DNA of 64,000 bases, from contig CAZMRZ010000003.1 of NCBI GenBank assembly GCA_964568835.1, positions 35,651 to 99,650 of the forward strand, read 5' to 3'. A program made the translations under genes and the position numbers. Positions 18,895-28,456 of the stretch are shown piece by piece. This stretch comes from an uncultured Woeseiaceae bacterium. GTDB taxonomy: Bacteria; Pseudomonadota; Gammaproteobacteria; Steroidobacterales; Woeseiaceae. Below the pieces are notes generated by a model. It did not search any database. It had not been told where the DNA came from and saw nothing but the letters and a program-made list of their open reading frames with translations. Numbering within the stretch: the stretch's first letter is position 1; each line of letters opens with the position of its first letter.

Positions 18895-19056
18895 GCTTTC
18901 GTCCTTGTGGGTCAGCTGAGGGTCACTATAGCGCGAAATCTCGAGATTACCGTTCAAAACTGCGAACTCGCGTCGATATGGGAATTGAACATCTTTGCTA
19001 TTATGGCCAACGTACGAGCATGATTTTTCTACCATTTGGCCAATTGATACTGAATT

Positions 19057-19680
19057 TTGACGATGCGAAACACTTATACACAATTGATTTTGACGCTTTT
19101 CTCCATTGGGCTTCTTGCCGGATGCGAGGGAGAGCACCGGTCTCGATCAACAACCGAGTTCCTTGAGAACCCGATTATGCTCGAGGCGGCCATGGTCCGG
19201 TGTTCTCAGGATCGATCGGCAACTCGCTACGATGCTGAATGCGTAAACGCGCGCCAGGCGGTCTCAACTATCGAAGCGGAAAAGGAAGCAGAACGCCATG
19301 CTGAGCTTGAGGCTCGATCAGAAAGTAAGCGTCGGGCGTTGCGACGAGCTCAGGCGGCGGCAACACAGGCGCGACGACGGGCGGCCGAATCAGAAAGCTT
19401 GCGAAAAGAAGCGGAGTATCTTGCCCAATTCGGCGTGGCGTTGCCCGCAGACGACCAAACAAGGGTTGGGGAAGCCGATACGGGCAATACGCCTGTGGCT
19501 GTGATCCCAGAGAGTTCGGAGTCAGCGGTTATTTCGACTGGGTCAGGTGATGCCGTGCAAGCGACGGACGGCGGAAATGCGCCGGGCAGTGTTGCGATAC
19601 CGGAGGAAGACGATACGAAATCCGATCTGGACTCGATTCGCGACGAGCTGCAACGACGCAACAATGACGGCGGCGACTAG
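19057..19680 (+). CDS. Lipoprotein of unknown function (charged coiled-coil middle, acidic tail)
   Basis: Lipobox LLAGC after MTMRNTYTQLILTLFSIG. Cys pair CSQD...AEC, then an E/R/A-rich helix. Its stop shares the tetranucleotide CTAG with the convergent MscS stop. Confidence 0.65.
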   Translation: MTMRNTYTQLILTLFSIGLLAGCEGEHRSRSTTEFLENPIMLEAAMVRCSQDRSATRYDAECVNARQAVSTIEAEKEAERHAELEARSESKRRALRRAQAAATQARRRAAESESLRKEAEYLAQFGVALPADDQTRVGEADTGNTPVAVIPESSESAVISTGSGDAVQATDGGNAPGSVAIPEEDDTKSDLDSIRDELQRRNNDGGD

Positions 19681-20759
19681 TCGCTAACGGTTGGCATCGC
19701 CCGTACGTGCAAATCTCGCTGCGGGAACGGAATTTCAATGTTGTTTTTATTGAGCGCCTTGTAGACGGCGCAATTGAGTTCGTGTGTCACTCGCCCGCGA
19801 TCGACGGGTTGGGCGATCCAACCCAGTAACTCGAAATCAAGGCTCGACTCGCCAAATACCCGAAAGCGTACGCGCGGTTCAGGGCTGCCCAGAACCTCCG
19901 GATGATCGGTTGCGACACCGCCAAGCACTTCAATTACCTGATCAATGTCGCTGCCGTAGGCAACGCCGATTTTCACTCGAATGCGGTGTTGTGACGGCGG
20001 TCCGCCTGCCTCGTTTATGATCTTCCCATTGCCGATGAGGCCGTTCGGAACAGTAATTTCAACGTCGTCTCGGGTAAGTATCCGTGTGCTTCGGAGTCCG
20101 ATGTCGGTGACCAGGCCGCGTTCGCCACTGTCGAGAATAATAAAGTCGCCGGCCTTGTAGGGCGCATCCATAATGATCGAAACCCCGGCGAACAGATTTG
20201 ACAAGGTGTCCTTCGCGGCAAAACTGAGCGCTAGTCCGACAATACCGGCCGACGCCAGCCACGCGGTTACATCGATATTCCAGGCGAGGAAAAGAAAGTA
20301 GACGGTCAAAGCGACGAGGACAATCTTCATCACGTTATGAAGCAGTGAGAGCATGCCTGTCTGTACTATTTGACGATCCCGATGCTTGGAGAACGCTCCC
20401 ACGACCAACGCCATTAATCGCATCAGCGTGTTGTACCAGACGAAAATCGCGAGTGTCTTCAGGATACCGACGGTGAGAAATGTCGGAATATCGGGTAGAC
20501 CGAGGCGGTTGGTTGCCAGTGTCAGGCCCAACAGAACGAAGGACAGGAATATCGGTTTGTGGACCAGTTGAACAATCTGGTCATCAAAATCATTTGATGA
20601 CTTCTGCGCGAAACGGCCCATGATTCGCGAAATGATCCAGTCTGCGATTTTGCCCACGATGATGAATAGCACCGCAATGATCGCCGCCTGTAAATAGGCG
20701 TTGGGTCCTACCAGTGCCACCAGTTGCTGTACCTGCGCCATTACGTCTTCGTATGTCAT
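19677..20759 (-). CDS. Mechanosensitive ion channel (MscS family)
   Basis: Several N-terminal TM helices, then the MscS signature DTLSNLFAGVSIIMDAPYKAGDFI...GLVTDIGLRSTRILTRDDVEITVPNG. Confidence 0.9.
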   Translation of the reverse strand: MTYEDVMAQVQQLVALVGPNAYLQAAIIAVLFIIVGKIADWIISRIMGRFAQKSSNDFDDQIVQLVHKPIFLSFVLLGLTLATNRLGLPDIPTFLTVGILKTLAIFVWYNTLMRLMALVVGAFSKHRDRQIVQTGMLSLLHNVMKIVLVALTVYFLFLAWNIDVTAWLASAGIVGLALSFAAKDTLSNLFAGVSIIMDAPYKAGDFIILDSGERGLVTDIGLRSTRILTRDDVEITVPNGLIGNGKIINEAGGPPSQHRIRVKIGVAYGSDIDQVIEVLGGVATDHPEVLGSPEPRVRFRVFGESSLDFELLGWIAQPVDRGRVTHELNCAVYKALNKNNIEIPFPQRDLHVRAMPTVSD

Positions 20760-20774
20760 CGCTGATAAACCGGG

Positions 20775-21593
20775 CTAGTAGTTGGGGTCGTACTCGTCGT
20801 CGGGCTCGCCGGCGTCGGGAATACCATAGGTGCGTACTTCAGCCTGCTCTTCGTCCGACGGAGCAGGACTATTCGCGCCACCGGTTTTCATGCCCGGTTG
20901 TGTTGGCAGGCGACTGGTTTGTGCCGTCAGGATTTGCACGAATGTATTCGCGATGTCAGGCGCGATGTTCGGTGAGCTCACAAAAATCCTCTCGGGCGTC
21001 ATACTGTTGGATCCATAGAAAGCAGCATTTGCCTTACGGTCCATTGTTACGCCAGCACCCTCCAGCGCAACGCCCGCGAAAAGACCGCGGCTGCGTGAAT
21101 AAGAATAGACCTCGGATTTGAATTCTATGTCGGTAGAGATCCCGGTATGCCGCCCCAGCGGCCCTGCCGCGACGGACGCGTCGGCGCCCAAAGTCAGGCG
21201 ACCATTCTCAATGCCATCGACACCCTTACGGGTCTTGAAGACCAGAATAATATCGGTCGATTGTGCTCCGACTTGCCAGCCGACGCTGCCGCCCGTCAGG
21301 GTGATAAATGCCGGGTTACTCCAGGAGCTGTCATCCTGGCGTATGACGATAATGCCTTTGCCACGTCTGGCGCCCAAACCGAAAGCCGCTTTGACGACAT
21401 TTGGGATGACGGCCACCGCGTAGGCCCGTGAAAGCAATGCGGGTGGCACTGTCTTTTCCGGAATGCGCAGAAGCTGTTCGAGCACGTCAGCCGCGTCTCC
21501 GACACGTTTTTCTTCGCGGGAAGCCGCTTCAACGGTGCTGGTGAGCAACAAAGCAATAAGCGTTGCTGCTGCGATAAGTGGGTTCGTTTTCAT
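20775..21593 (-). CDS. SYLF (Ysc84/DUF500) lipid-binding domain protein, secreted
   Basis: ATG at 21593 gives the signal peptide MKTNPLIAAATLIALLLTSTVEA. The core FGLGARRGKGIIVIR...GGSVGWQVGAQSTDIILVF...LTLGADASVAAGPLGR is typical of SYLF. Confidence 0.8.
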   Translation of the reverse strand: MKTNPLIAAATLIALLLTSTVEAASREEKRVGDAADVLEQLLRIPEKTVPPALLSRAYAVAVIPNVVKAAFGLGARRGKGIIVIRQDDSSWSNPAFITLTGGSVGWQVGAQSTDIILVFKTRKGVDGIENGRLTLGADASVAAGPLGRHTGISTDIEFKSEVYSYSRSRGLFAGVALEGAGVTMDRKANAAFYGSNSMTPERIFVSSPNIAPDIANTFVQILTAQTSRLPTQPGMKTGGANSPAPSDEEQAEVRTYGIPDAGEPDDEYDPNY

Positions 21594-21655
21594 GATGGCT
21601 TGGATGTCAATTTCGCTCAGGAGTTCAATGATACGCCAGCCACGACTTGCGGGCA

Positions 21656-23584
21656 CTAACGATGTACAAGAATCGGTGGCAACGGGTAGTTCAGCGTTGC
21701 ACAAACCGCGCGAACCAGTTCTGCCTCCGAAATCGACAATTTGCCGTCGTGCGCCGCTGTGGCACTGACTGCACGAAGCAGAGAATCCTGTCCTTTGCTG
21801 TTCAGACCCGTCAACGCGTCCAGGCTGTCTCCAAGTAACGCCGCGGTGTTGCTTCGGTCGGACTTGAAGTCTGTATCGTGTGCCCAGGGGCCTAATGTCT
21901 TTACGCCGGCGCGAAAGGCCGAGACTCGTTCCGAATCCGTGCTGTGACCGTAGTCAGCAAGAACCTGAAGTAGCGCAACGGCGGCCGCTTGCAGTTCGCG
22001 ACGATGCCTTCGTTTCGCCCTTTGCGTTCCCGTGGGGTCTTTTGCGCGGTCGATATTGCTCATCATGACCCGATAAAAACAGAATTCGAAAAGCTCGATT
22101 TCACCGTCAATGTTCATCAGGCGAGTCGTCAAAGTCTCAAGATAAGAGAGCTCTTGTACGGGGCGTAGTTTCAGGGCAGGAAACAAAATTTCCAATAGTG
22201 GCAATCGATATTCTGCGCCAACGGTTGATAACTCATCAAAATACGTCTTCACCAGTTGTGCCCGTTGCTCGCCGAGTTGCTCCCGGACCAACGCAAACTG
22301 CTGATCAGTTACTTTTCCCGAATGATCGAGGACAAGAGAAACCGCAAGAAGGAACGCGAAATCAGAGGAATGTGCTGCACTATAAAGCGTCTCAGGAATC
22401 GAGCGGCGCAAGTCGCGGGCGAATTCAACATGTTCGTTCTGCGGCTGACCGACCGTCTCCGCGATCGAATCTGCAAGGACTTTGGTTCCACCGCTGGCAA
22501 TTGCAGTTGAAACGTCGCCGCTGAACGAAGACGTCTGCCCGCCGGCATCAATATCAGAATCAACGACCACCCGTCTTCGTCGCTGATCGACGCGTGGGTA
22601 ATCGCCTTCTTTGAAGCCAGGCTCCAATGCTCTAATGCGATCACCCAATGGTGGATGTGTCGCGAAAAGTCCCATGAGGTTTGACCCGGTGCCGAACAGC
22701 ATGTGGCTAACCTCTTCCGGATCTGCCGCATTGATCCTGGAACCCGCGCTGTAGCCACCGATTTTTTTCAATGCGCCGGCAATTCCCTCGGCTTGACGGG
22801 TAAATTGAACGGCCGAAGCATCGGCCAGGTATTCACGCTGCCTCGATACGCTGGCTTTGATGAGTCGCGCAAAAAATACGCCGATGGCACCAAGAATGGT
22901 CAGGCCCAATCCGACGCCGATGACTGCGGGGTGGACTCGATTACGGCGACTGAACAGGCCCTGTGAACGGTAGCTTCCGCGCAAAGCCATTCGGCCGACC
23001 AGTCCAATGGACATGATTCCGAACAATACGCCCATCAGGCGAATATTGAGTTTCATATCGCCATTCAGGATATGACTGAATTCGTGTGCTATGACGCCCT
23101 GCAGTTCGTCGCGATCGAGAGTCTCGAGCGTGCCGCGTGTAACGGCAACGGCCGCATCGCTCGGTGAGAAGCCAGCCGCGAATGCGTTGATGCCTTGCTC
23201 TTCTTCAAGCACGTAAATTTCAGGGACGGGCACACCGGATGCGATAGACATTTCTTCGACGACGTTTCGGAGCCGCCGACGAAGCGGGTCCTGAACGGAT
23301 GTTGGCACCAATGTGCCACCGAGATCGGCCGCGACTCGACCACCGCCGGATGACAATCTAGAAGTCTTGTAGAGCGTCGATCCAACGATAAAGAGCGTCG
23401 TGATGACGGCCGTTGCCAACAAAATAGGCATCCGCTGTTGCGGCGCCGTTCCTGTAGTCAGGGAAAAGGCGAAACCCACAATGAAGGTCACGCCGGCGAC
23501 GATGGCGATCGTTGCGACGATATAAGCAAGAACCAGGCGCCGCGTTGTACGGCGCGCCTGATCCTGAGCGTCGAAGAAATTCAC
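21656..23584 (-). CDS. M48-family zinc metalloprotease (HtpX-like membrane protease with a long C-terminal extension)
   Basis: N-terminal TM helices, HEFSHILNGD (HExxH) and a downstream REYLADASA-type Glu motif. It lies directly downstream of lemA. Confidence 0.85.
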   Translation of the reverse strand: MNFFDAQDQARRTTRRLVLAYIVATIAIVAGVTFIVGFAFSLTTGTAPQQRMPILLATAVITTLFIVGSTLYKTSRLSSGGGRVAADLGGTLVPTSVQDPLRRRLRNVVEEMSIASGVPVPEIYVLEEEQGINAFAAGFSPSDAAVAVTRGTLETLDRDELQGVIAHEFSHILNGDMKLNIRLMGVLFGIMSIGLVGRMALRGSYRSQGLFSRRNRVHPAVIGVGLGLTILGAIGVFFARLIKASVSRQREYLADASAVQFTRQAEGIAGALKKIGGYSAGSRINAADPEEVSHMLFGTGSNLMGLFATHPPLGDRIRALEPGFKEGDYPRVDQRRRRVVVDSDIDAGGQTSSFSGDVSTAIASGGTKVLADSIAETVGQPQNEHVEFARDLRRSIPETLYSAAHSSDFAFLLAVSLVLDHSGKVTDQQFALVREQLGEQRAQLVKTYFDELSTVGAEYRLPLLEILFPALKLRPVQELSYLETLTTRLMNIDGEIELFEFCFYRVMMSNIDRAKDPTGTQRAKRRHRRELQAAAVALLQVLADYGHSTDSERVSAFRAGVKTLGPWAHDTDFKSDRSNTAALLGDSLDALTGLNSKGQDSLLRAVSATAAHDGKLSISEAELVRAVCATLNYPLPPILVHR

Positions 23585-23598
23585 TTATCTGAGGTGTT

Positions 23599-24186
23599 CT
23601 AAAAAGACACTTCAGGTGCGGAGCGCATTTCCTCAGATTCGATTTCAAGGAAGCTGGCGAGATTGAAGCTGAAGAATCCCGCGATGAGGTTATTCGGGAA
23701 GTTCTCGACCGCGTTGTTGAAAACGAGAACAGCATCGTTGAATGCCTGCCTCGAAAACGCCACCTTGTTTTCAGTACTCGAGAGCTCTTCCTGAAACTGC
23801 ATCATATTTTGATTTGCTTTGAGATCAGGATAAGCTTCGGAGAGTGCAAACAGTCGGCCGAGGGCACTACCCAATGCGCCTTCGGACGCGCCCAGTTTTT
23901 TCATGGCTTCTGCATTAGCAGGATCCGCTTTGGCGGCATCGAGATCGGCAACAGCATTATTTCGAGCTTGTACGACGGCTTCAAGAGTTTCGCGCTCGTG
24001 TTTCATGTAGCCCTTGACTGCCTCGATCAGATTCGGAATCAAGTCGTAGCGGCGAGTGAGTTGCACGTCGATTTGCGCAAATGCGTTCCGAACCCGGTTG
24101 CGTTTATTGACGAGGCCGTTATAGATACCGACAGCCCAAAAACCTATCGCTGCAATAATGCCCAGGAATATCAAGAATGAAATCAC
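23599..24186 (-). CDS. lemA: LemA family protein
   Basis: GTG start after GAAGGAG. Single TM, then YNGLVNKRNRVRNAFAQIDVQLTRRYDLIPNL...FAVENFPNNL, the LemA signature. Confidence 0.9.
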   Translation of the reverse strand: MISFLIFLGIIAAIGFWAVGIYNGLVNKRNRVRNAFAQIDVQLTRRYDLIPNLIEAVKGYMKHERETLEAVVQARNNAVADLDAAKADPANAEAMKKLGASEGALGSALGRLFALSEAYPDLKANQNMMQFQEELSSTENKVAFSRQAFNDAVLVFNNAVENFPNNLIAGFFSFNLASFLEIESEEMRSAPEVSF

Positions 24187-25214
24187 TGTTACGCTCCTTC
24201 TTCAAAGGTTGTGAAGCCAAGCATAACCTCAGGCTTGGACTAAAACTAGCGGTGCTGCTGTCGCTGGCCCCATTCCCGTTGCAGGCGGAATGGCTGGGTG
24301 ATGCACGGCCGATGATGGGTACCGAAGTTAGCGTTTATCTCTGGAGCGATGACGATGAGGCAGGTCGTGCCGCTTTAGAGAGTGTTTTTCAGGAGGCGGG
24401 TCGTATAGACCGACTCATGAGTACCTACAAAGATGATAGCGAAATCTCGAAAATCAACCGCGAGGCAGCGAATGGCCCCGTTCGATCCGGACCTGAGTTG
24501 TTCGACCTGATTGCACGCTCTTTGGAAATATCGACTCTGACACAAGGATCGTTCGACATTACTTATGAGAGTGTCGGGCAACACTATGATTTCAGAGCAC
24601 GCCAACGTCCCGACGAGGTGACGGTCGAGTCCGAGCTTGAAAATATCAATTATCGGTACGTGATTCTGGATGCGGCGGCAGGCAGTGTTGCTTATCGAAA
24701 GGAGGGCGTACGCATCAATCTCGGGGGAATCGCCAAAGGTTACGTCGTTGAGCGTGGTATCAGTATTCTTCGAGCGAAAGGCATACGAAATGCGATTGTG
24801 ACCGCGGGCGGGGACTCCAGATTGCTCGGCGACCGTCTTGGGCGGCCATGGATAGTCGGCATTCGAGATCCTCGGATTGATGGTGAGGTCGCGATTTCTG
24901 TGCCGCTGGAGGATGAAGCGATATCGACGTCCGGTGACTACGAGCGATATTTTGATGAGGATGGTATCCGCTATCACCACATCATCCACCCGAGTACGGG
25001 TGAGCCTGCCAGCGGTGTGCACAGTGCAACCGTCATTGGGCCGGACGCTGTGACCACCGACGCCTTGTCGACCAGCGTATTCGTGATGGGCGTGGACAAA
25101 GGGCTGCGTATGATCGCGTCACTGCCCGACTATGAAAGTATCGTCATTGATTCCGATGGGCAGGTTTTCTTTTCTGACGGCCTGCAGCAACCCACCGTTC
25201 CCACGGCAGACTAG
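24177..25214 (+). CDS. apbE: FAD:protein FMN transferase (ApbE family)
   Basis: MGTEVSVYLW, SEISKIN, GSFDIT, GGIAKGY and AISTSGDYERYF motifs. An ATG 24177 start would overlap the divergent lemA start by 10 nt, so the start is uncertain. Confidence 0.85.
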   Translation: MKSLLRSFFKGCEAKHNLRLGLKLAVLLSLAPFPLQAEWLGDARPMMGTEVSVYLWSDDDEAGRAALESVFQEAGRIDRLMSTYKDDSEISKINREAANGPVRSGPELFDLIARSLEISTLTQGSFDITYESVGQHYDFRARQRPDEVTVESELENINYRYVILDAAAGSVAYRKEGVRINLGGIAKGYVVERGISILRAKGIRNAIVTAGGDSRLLGDRLGRPWIVGIRDPRIDGEVAISVPLEDEAISTSGDYERYFDEDGIRYHHIIHPSTGEPASGVHSATVIGPDAVTTDALSTSVFVMGVDKGLRMIASLPDYESIVIDSDGQVFFSDGLQQPTVPTAD

Positions 25215-25501
25215 GCCGCAAAAAAACCGCTAATGTCGCTGAAAGGCGACGGCTTTTCACTTTAAATTCAGGTTGATACGCCTATTATAGGTGTCTGGAT
25301 AGCGGTGAAAAAAATCTTTGGGAATAATGTCGATTTAACGTAATCTGTGACGATTGCGTTAATTTCCTGTCTCAGAAATTAAGCACCATTATGTTTAGGA
25401 AAAACGGGTTGTGTGACGATTATCACGGCTCAGGATCGCTGTGACTGTCACCATTCATGGTCGCCGGAAGGAACCGGGCAAGCAAAACAAGGAACGGACT
25501 G

Positions 25502-25999
25502 ATGAAAATCAAGAACTTAACATTAGGGCTATTGATAACTGCATTTGCGGCAACCGCGCTCGCGTCTTCGGATCTGGAAGGCAAGGCGGCGCCGGACTTC
25601 GCTCTCAAGAGCTCGACTGGTGAGAACCTGCGCCTGTCGGAGTTTCGCGGCGATGTCGTGATGATCAATTTCTGGGCCACCTGGTGCGGACCGTGTCGTC
25701 AGGAAATGCCGTTGCTTGACGAGCTATACGCGCGCTATGAACGCGTTGGATTCAATTTGTTGGGCGTGAACATCGATGATGATTCTCGCCGGGCAATGCA
25801 AATGATTGAGGAACTTGGTGTCGATTTTCCGGTGCTCTTCGATGCAAGAAAAGAGGTCAGCAAGCTTTATAAAGTCGATGCGATGCCGGTCACTGTACTT
25901 GTTGATAGAGAGGGCAAGGTGCGCCACGTCCATCATGGATACAAACCCGGATACGAAGAAAAATATCTCGATCAGATTCGTTCATTGCTCAGAGAGTAA
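25502..25999 (+). CDS. TlpA/ResA-like periplasmic thiol:disulfide oxidoreductase (redoxin)
   Basis: ATG 25502 gives the signal peptide MKIKNLTLGLLITAFAATALA. Active site NFWATWCGPCRQEMP. Confidence 0.88.
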   Translation: MKIKNLTLGLLITAFAATALASSDLEGKAAPDFALKSSTGENLRLSEFRGDVVMINFWATWCGPCRQEMPLLDELYARYERVGFNLLGVNIDDDSRRAMQMIEELGVDFPVLFDARKEVSKLYKVDAMPVTVLVDREGKVRHVHHGYKPGYEEKYLDQIRSLLRE

Positions 26000-26011
26000 C
26001 GAAGGCGCCTG

Positions 26012-26575
26012 TTGGCAGGAGAAAGGATAGTGACGAAGACATTAATCAGCCTGATCGCCGTAGCGGCATTAGCATTTAGCATAACGGCAGCGGCTCAGGA
26101 CAATGAGGAAGCAGAATCCCGGCAGGAGTTCCGCAGCATCGATAAGGATGTGCAGACTCTGAAGAAGGAAGTTCTTGATCTGAACCGAGATCTGTTCCTG
26201 CTTGAGGAAGAGTTGCTGTTTCCGGCGAACTCCCAAGTCGCTTTCTTTATCTCCATGGATGTCGGTGAGTACTTTGAAGTCGATTCCGTGAATATCAAGA
26301 TCGACGGTAAAGACGTTGCGAATTACCTTTATACCGAACGCGAAGCGGACGCATTGGTTCGTGGTGGCGTTCACCGCGTACACATGGCGAACCTGAAGAC
26401 GGGTGATCACGAGCTGGTCGCTATCTTCACCGGCAAAGGACCGCATGTTCGAGACTACCGACGTGGTGCAACGCTGAATTTCAACAAAGGAATCGGCGCG
26501 AAGTACGTCGAGTTGGAAATCACCGACCGCGTGAAGAAGCAGCAGCCCGAATTCGTCATCAAAGAGTGGGAGTGA
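26012..26575 (+). CDS. Secreted hypothetical protein (coiled coil plus beta-rich domain), member of the Tol/Ton-like cluster
   Basis: Signal peptide ...TKTLISLIAVAALAFSITAAAQ. An alternative GTG start at 26030 follows GGAGAAAGGA. It lies 12 nt after tlpA-like and 3 nt before the next gene. Confidence 0.65.
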   Translation: MAGERIVTKTLISLIAVAALAFSITAAAQDNEEAESRQEFRSIDKDVQTLKKEVLDLNRDLFLLEEELLFPANSQVAFFISMDVGEYFEVDSVNIKIDGKDVANYLYTEREADALVRGGVHRVHMANLKTGDHELVAIFTGKGPHVRDYRRGATLNFNKGIGAKYVELEITDRVKKQQPEFVIKEWE

Positions 26576-26578
26576 TAC

Positions 26579-28456
26579 TTGCTCCGAGGTTGCTCCATAG
26601 CTAGTCGCATTCGCGCAGGTTTAATACTCTTGGTGTTAGCAGCGCCGGCTGCCTATGCGGCGAAAATCGATAAAGAACCGATCGTAGTTCAGGATCCGCA
26701 ATACGGTGAGGTGCTTTTTCACTTCTATCAGGAAGACTATTTCCCGGCGATCGTAAAGCTACTTGCGGCGAAAGAGCGGCAGCAGCTGGATGATCATGCT
26801 GAAGACTCCGAACTGCTGCTCGGTGGCATGTACCTGTCCTACGGTCATCATCTCGAGGCTGCGGCAATTTTTGAACGCATGCTGGCGGATAATGTTTCGA
26901 CTGAAATTCGTGACCGCACCTGGTTTTTCCTTTCCAAGATCTGGTACCAACGCGGCTATCTCGACAAGTCTCAGGAAGCGCTTGGCTTCATCGAGGGCGA
27001 GCTGCCCAAGAATCTGCAACGTGAGGCGTTGATGCTCGAGGCGCAAATTTTGATCGACGCGGGCGAATATGATCGTGCGATCGCATTACTGCAAAACTGG
27101 AAAGGCAAGACGGAGTGGGCGAGCTACGCGAAATTCAATGTCGGCGTCGCTCTGGTGCGCAGTGGGCGAATTGAAGAGGCACGGGCTTTACTGAACGACC
27201 TGGGCAATCTCAACCCATTTAATGACGAGCTAAGCGCACTACGGGATAAGGCAAATCTCGCTTTGGGATACGCGTTGCTGCAGGACAAGCAGCCGCTGGC
27301 GGCGAAAGCGCCTTTGCAACGCGTGAGACTTGAAGGCCCGTTTTCGAATAAGGCGCTTCTGGGTGTCGGCTGGGCCGATGCCGAGCTCGACAATTATCAG
27401 CGTGCGCTGGCGCCCTGGATGGAGCTACGTGGCCGGGATCTTCTGGATTCGGCGGTGCAGGAGTCCATGCTGGCTATTCCCTATGCGATGGCGCAGCTGG
27501 ACTCGATTAGTCAGGCCGCGGATCACTATTTGAACGCTATCGAAGCGTTCTATGATGAGTCGAGTCGACTGGACAGAACCATCGCTCACATTGAGTCGGG
27601 CGATATGTTCGATGAGTTTCTTACGACTGGCCCATTGGATAGCACCGGCTGGTATTGGCAGTTGGAGCAACTGCCGGAAGGGCCCGAAGCGCGATATTTG
27701 TTTCACTTGCTGGCCTCGCATGAGTTTCAGGAAGGCCTCAAGAATTATCGAGACTTGAATTATCTCTATCAGAACCTCGATGCTTGGCAGGGTAGCGTCG
27801 ATGTTTACGGCAACATGCTGGAAACCCGCAAAGAGGCGTACGAACAAAGGCTGCCGCGTGTTGAAGATGCGCTGGCTCGCGCGGATCTTGATGGCATGGT
27901 CAATCAGAAGCTCGAATTTGACTCGACCCTCAACAATATTGCAGAAAGCCAGGACTGGCTCGCGCTCGCCACTGGTTCCGAGTTCGAAATGTGGGGCGAG
28001 ATAACGGGCCTGGAGAATACGCCAGCATTGCGTGCAGATATTCCCGAGGCCGCCGAAGTACGCGACAAGATTCAGCTCTTGAAGGGCGTTTTGCAGTGGC
28101 AGCTGGAAAGAGAGTTCAAAGATCGATTGTGGAGAATTCGACGCAATCTCAATGATGCCGGTGAGGCTCTGGTCGCGACGCAGCGATCACGTCGTCAGAT
28201 TGATGAAACGATACGCAATGAGCCCTTGCGATTTGAAGAGCTGAGCAATCGCGTTTACGGTCTGGCACCACGCATTGAAGGCATGAAGATGAGTGTCGAA
28301 GACGCACTCTCTGAGCAACGTACGTTCTTGCAGTCGATTGCGGTTGGCGAGCTCCAGGCACAGAAACAGCGTTTGGATGTCTACACCATCCAGGCGCGTT
28401 TTGCGTTAGCGGCAATTTACGATGTGGCCGCTACCGAAGAGGAGGCGATCCAGTGA
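26579..28456 (+). CDS. Secreted TPR/coiled-coil protein (625 aa)
   Basis: Signal peptide LILLVLAAPAAYA. Repeated TPR-like helical hairpins (e.g. GEYDRAIALLQNW, RIEEARALLNDL), then a long coiled-coil C-terminal half. Confidence 0.75.
   Translation: MLRGCSIASRIRAGLILLVLAAPAAYAAKIDKEPIVVQDPQYGEVLFHFYQEDYFPAIVKLLAAKERQQLDDHAEDSELLLGGMYLSYGHHLEAAAIFERMLADNVSTEIRDRTWFFLSKIWYQRGYLDKSQEALGFIEGELPKNLQREALMLEAQILIDAGEYDRAIALLQNWKGKTEWASYAKFNVGVALVRSGRIEEARALLNDLGNLNPFNDELSALRDKANLALGYALLQDKQPLAAKAPLQRVRLEGPFSNKALLGVGWADAELDNYQRALAPWMELRGRDLLDSAVQESMLAIPYAMAQLDSISQAADHYLNAIEAFYDESSRLDRTIAHIESGDMFDEFLTTGPLDSTGWYWQLEQLPEGPEARYLFHLLASHEFQEGLKNYRDLNYLYQNLDAWQGSVDVYGNMLETRKEAYEQRLPRVEDALARADLDGMVNQKLEFDSTLNNIAESQDWLALATGSEFEMWGEITGLENTPALRADIPEAAEVRDKIQLLKGVLQWQLEREFKDRLWRIRRNLNDAGEALVATQRSRRQIDETIRNEPLRFEELSNRVYGLAPRIEGMKMSVEDALSEQRTFLQSIAVGELQAQKQRLDVYTIQARFALAAIYDVAATEEEAIQ

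Noticed and set aside
25231-25260. A possible terminator after apbE (GTCGC-TGAAAG-GCGAC followed by GGCTTTTC).
   Set aside because: It has only a 5-bp stem and a short interrupted T-run, too weak to annotate with confidence.
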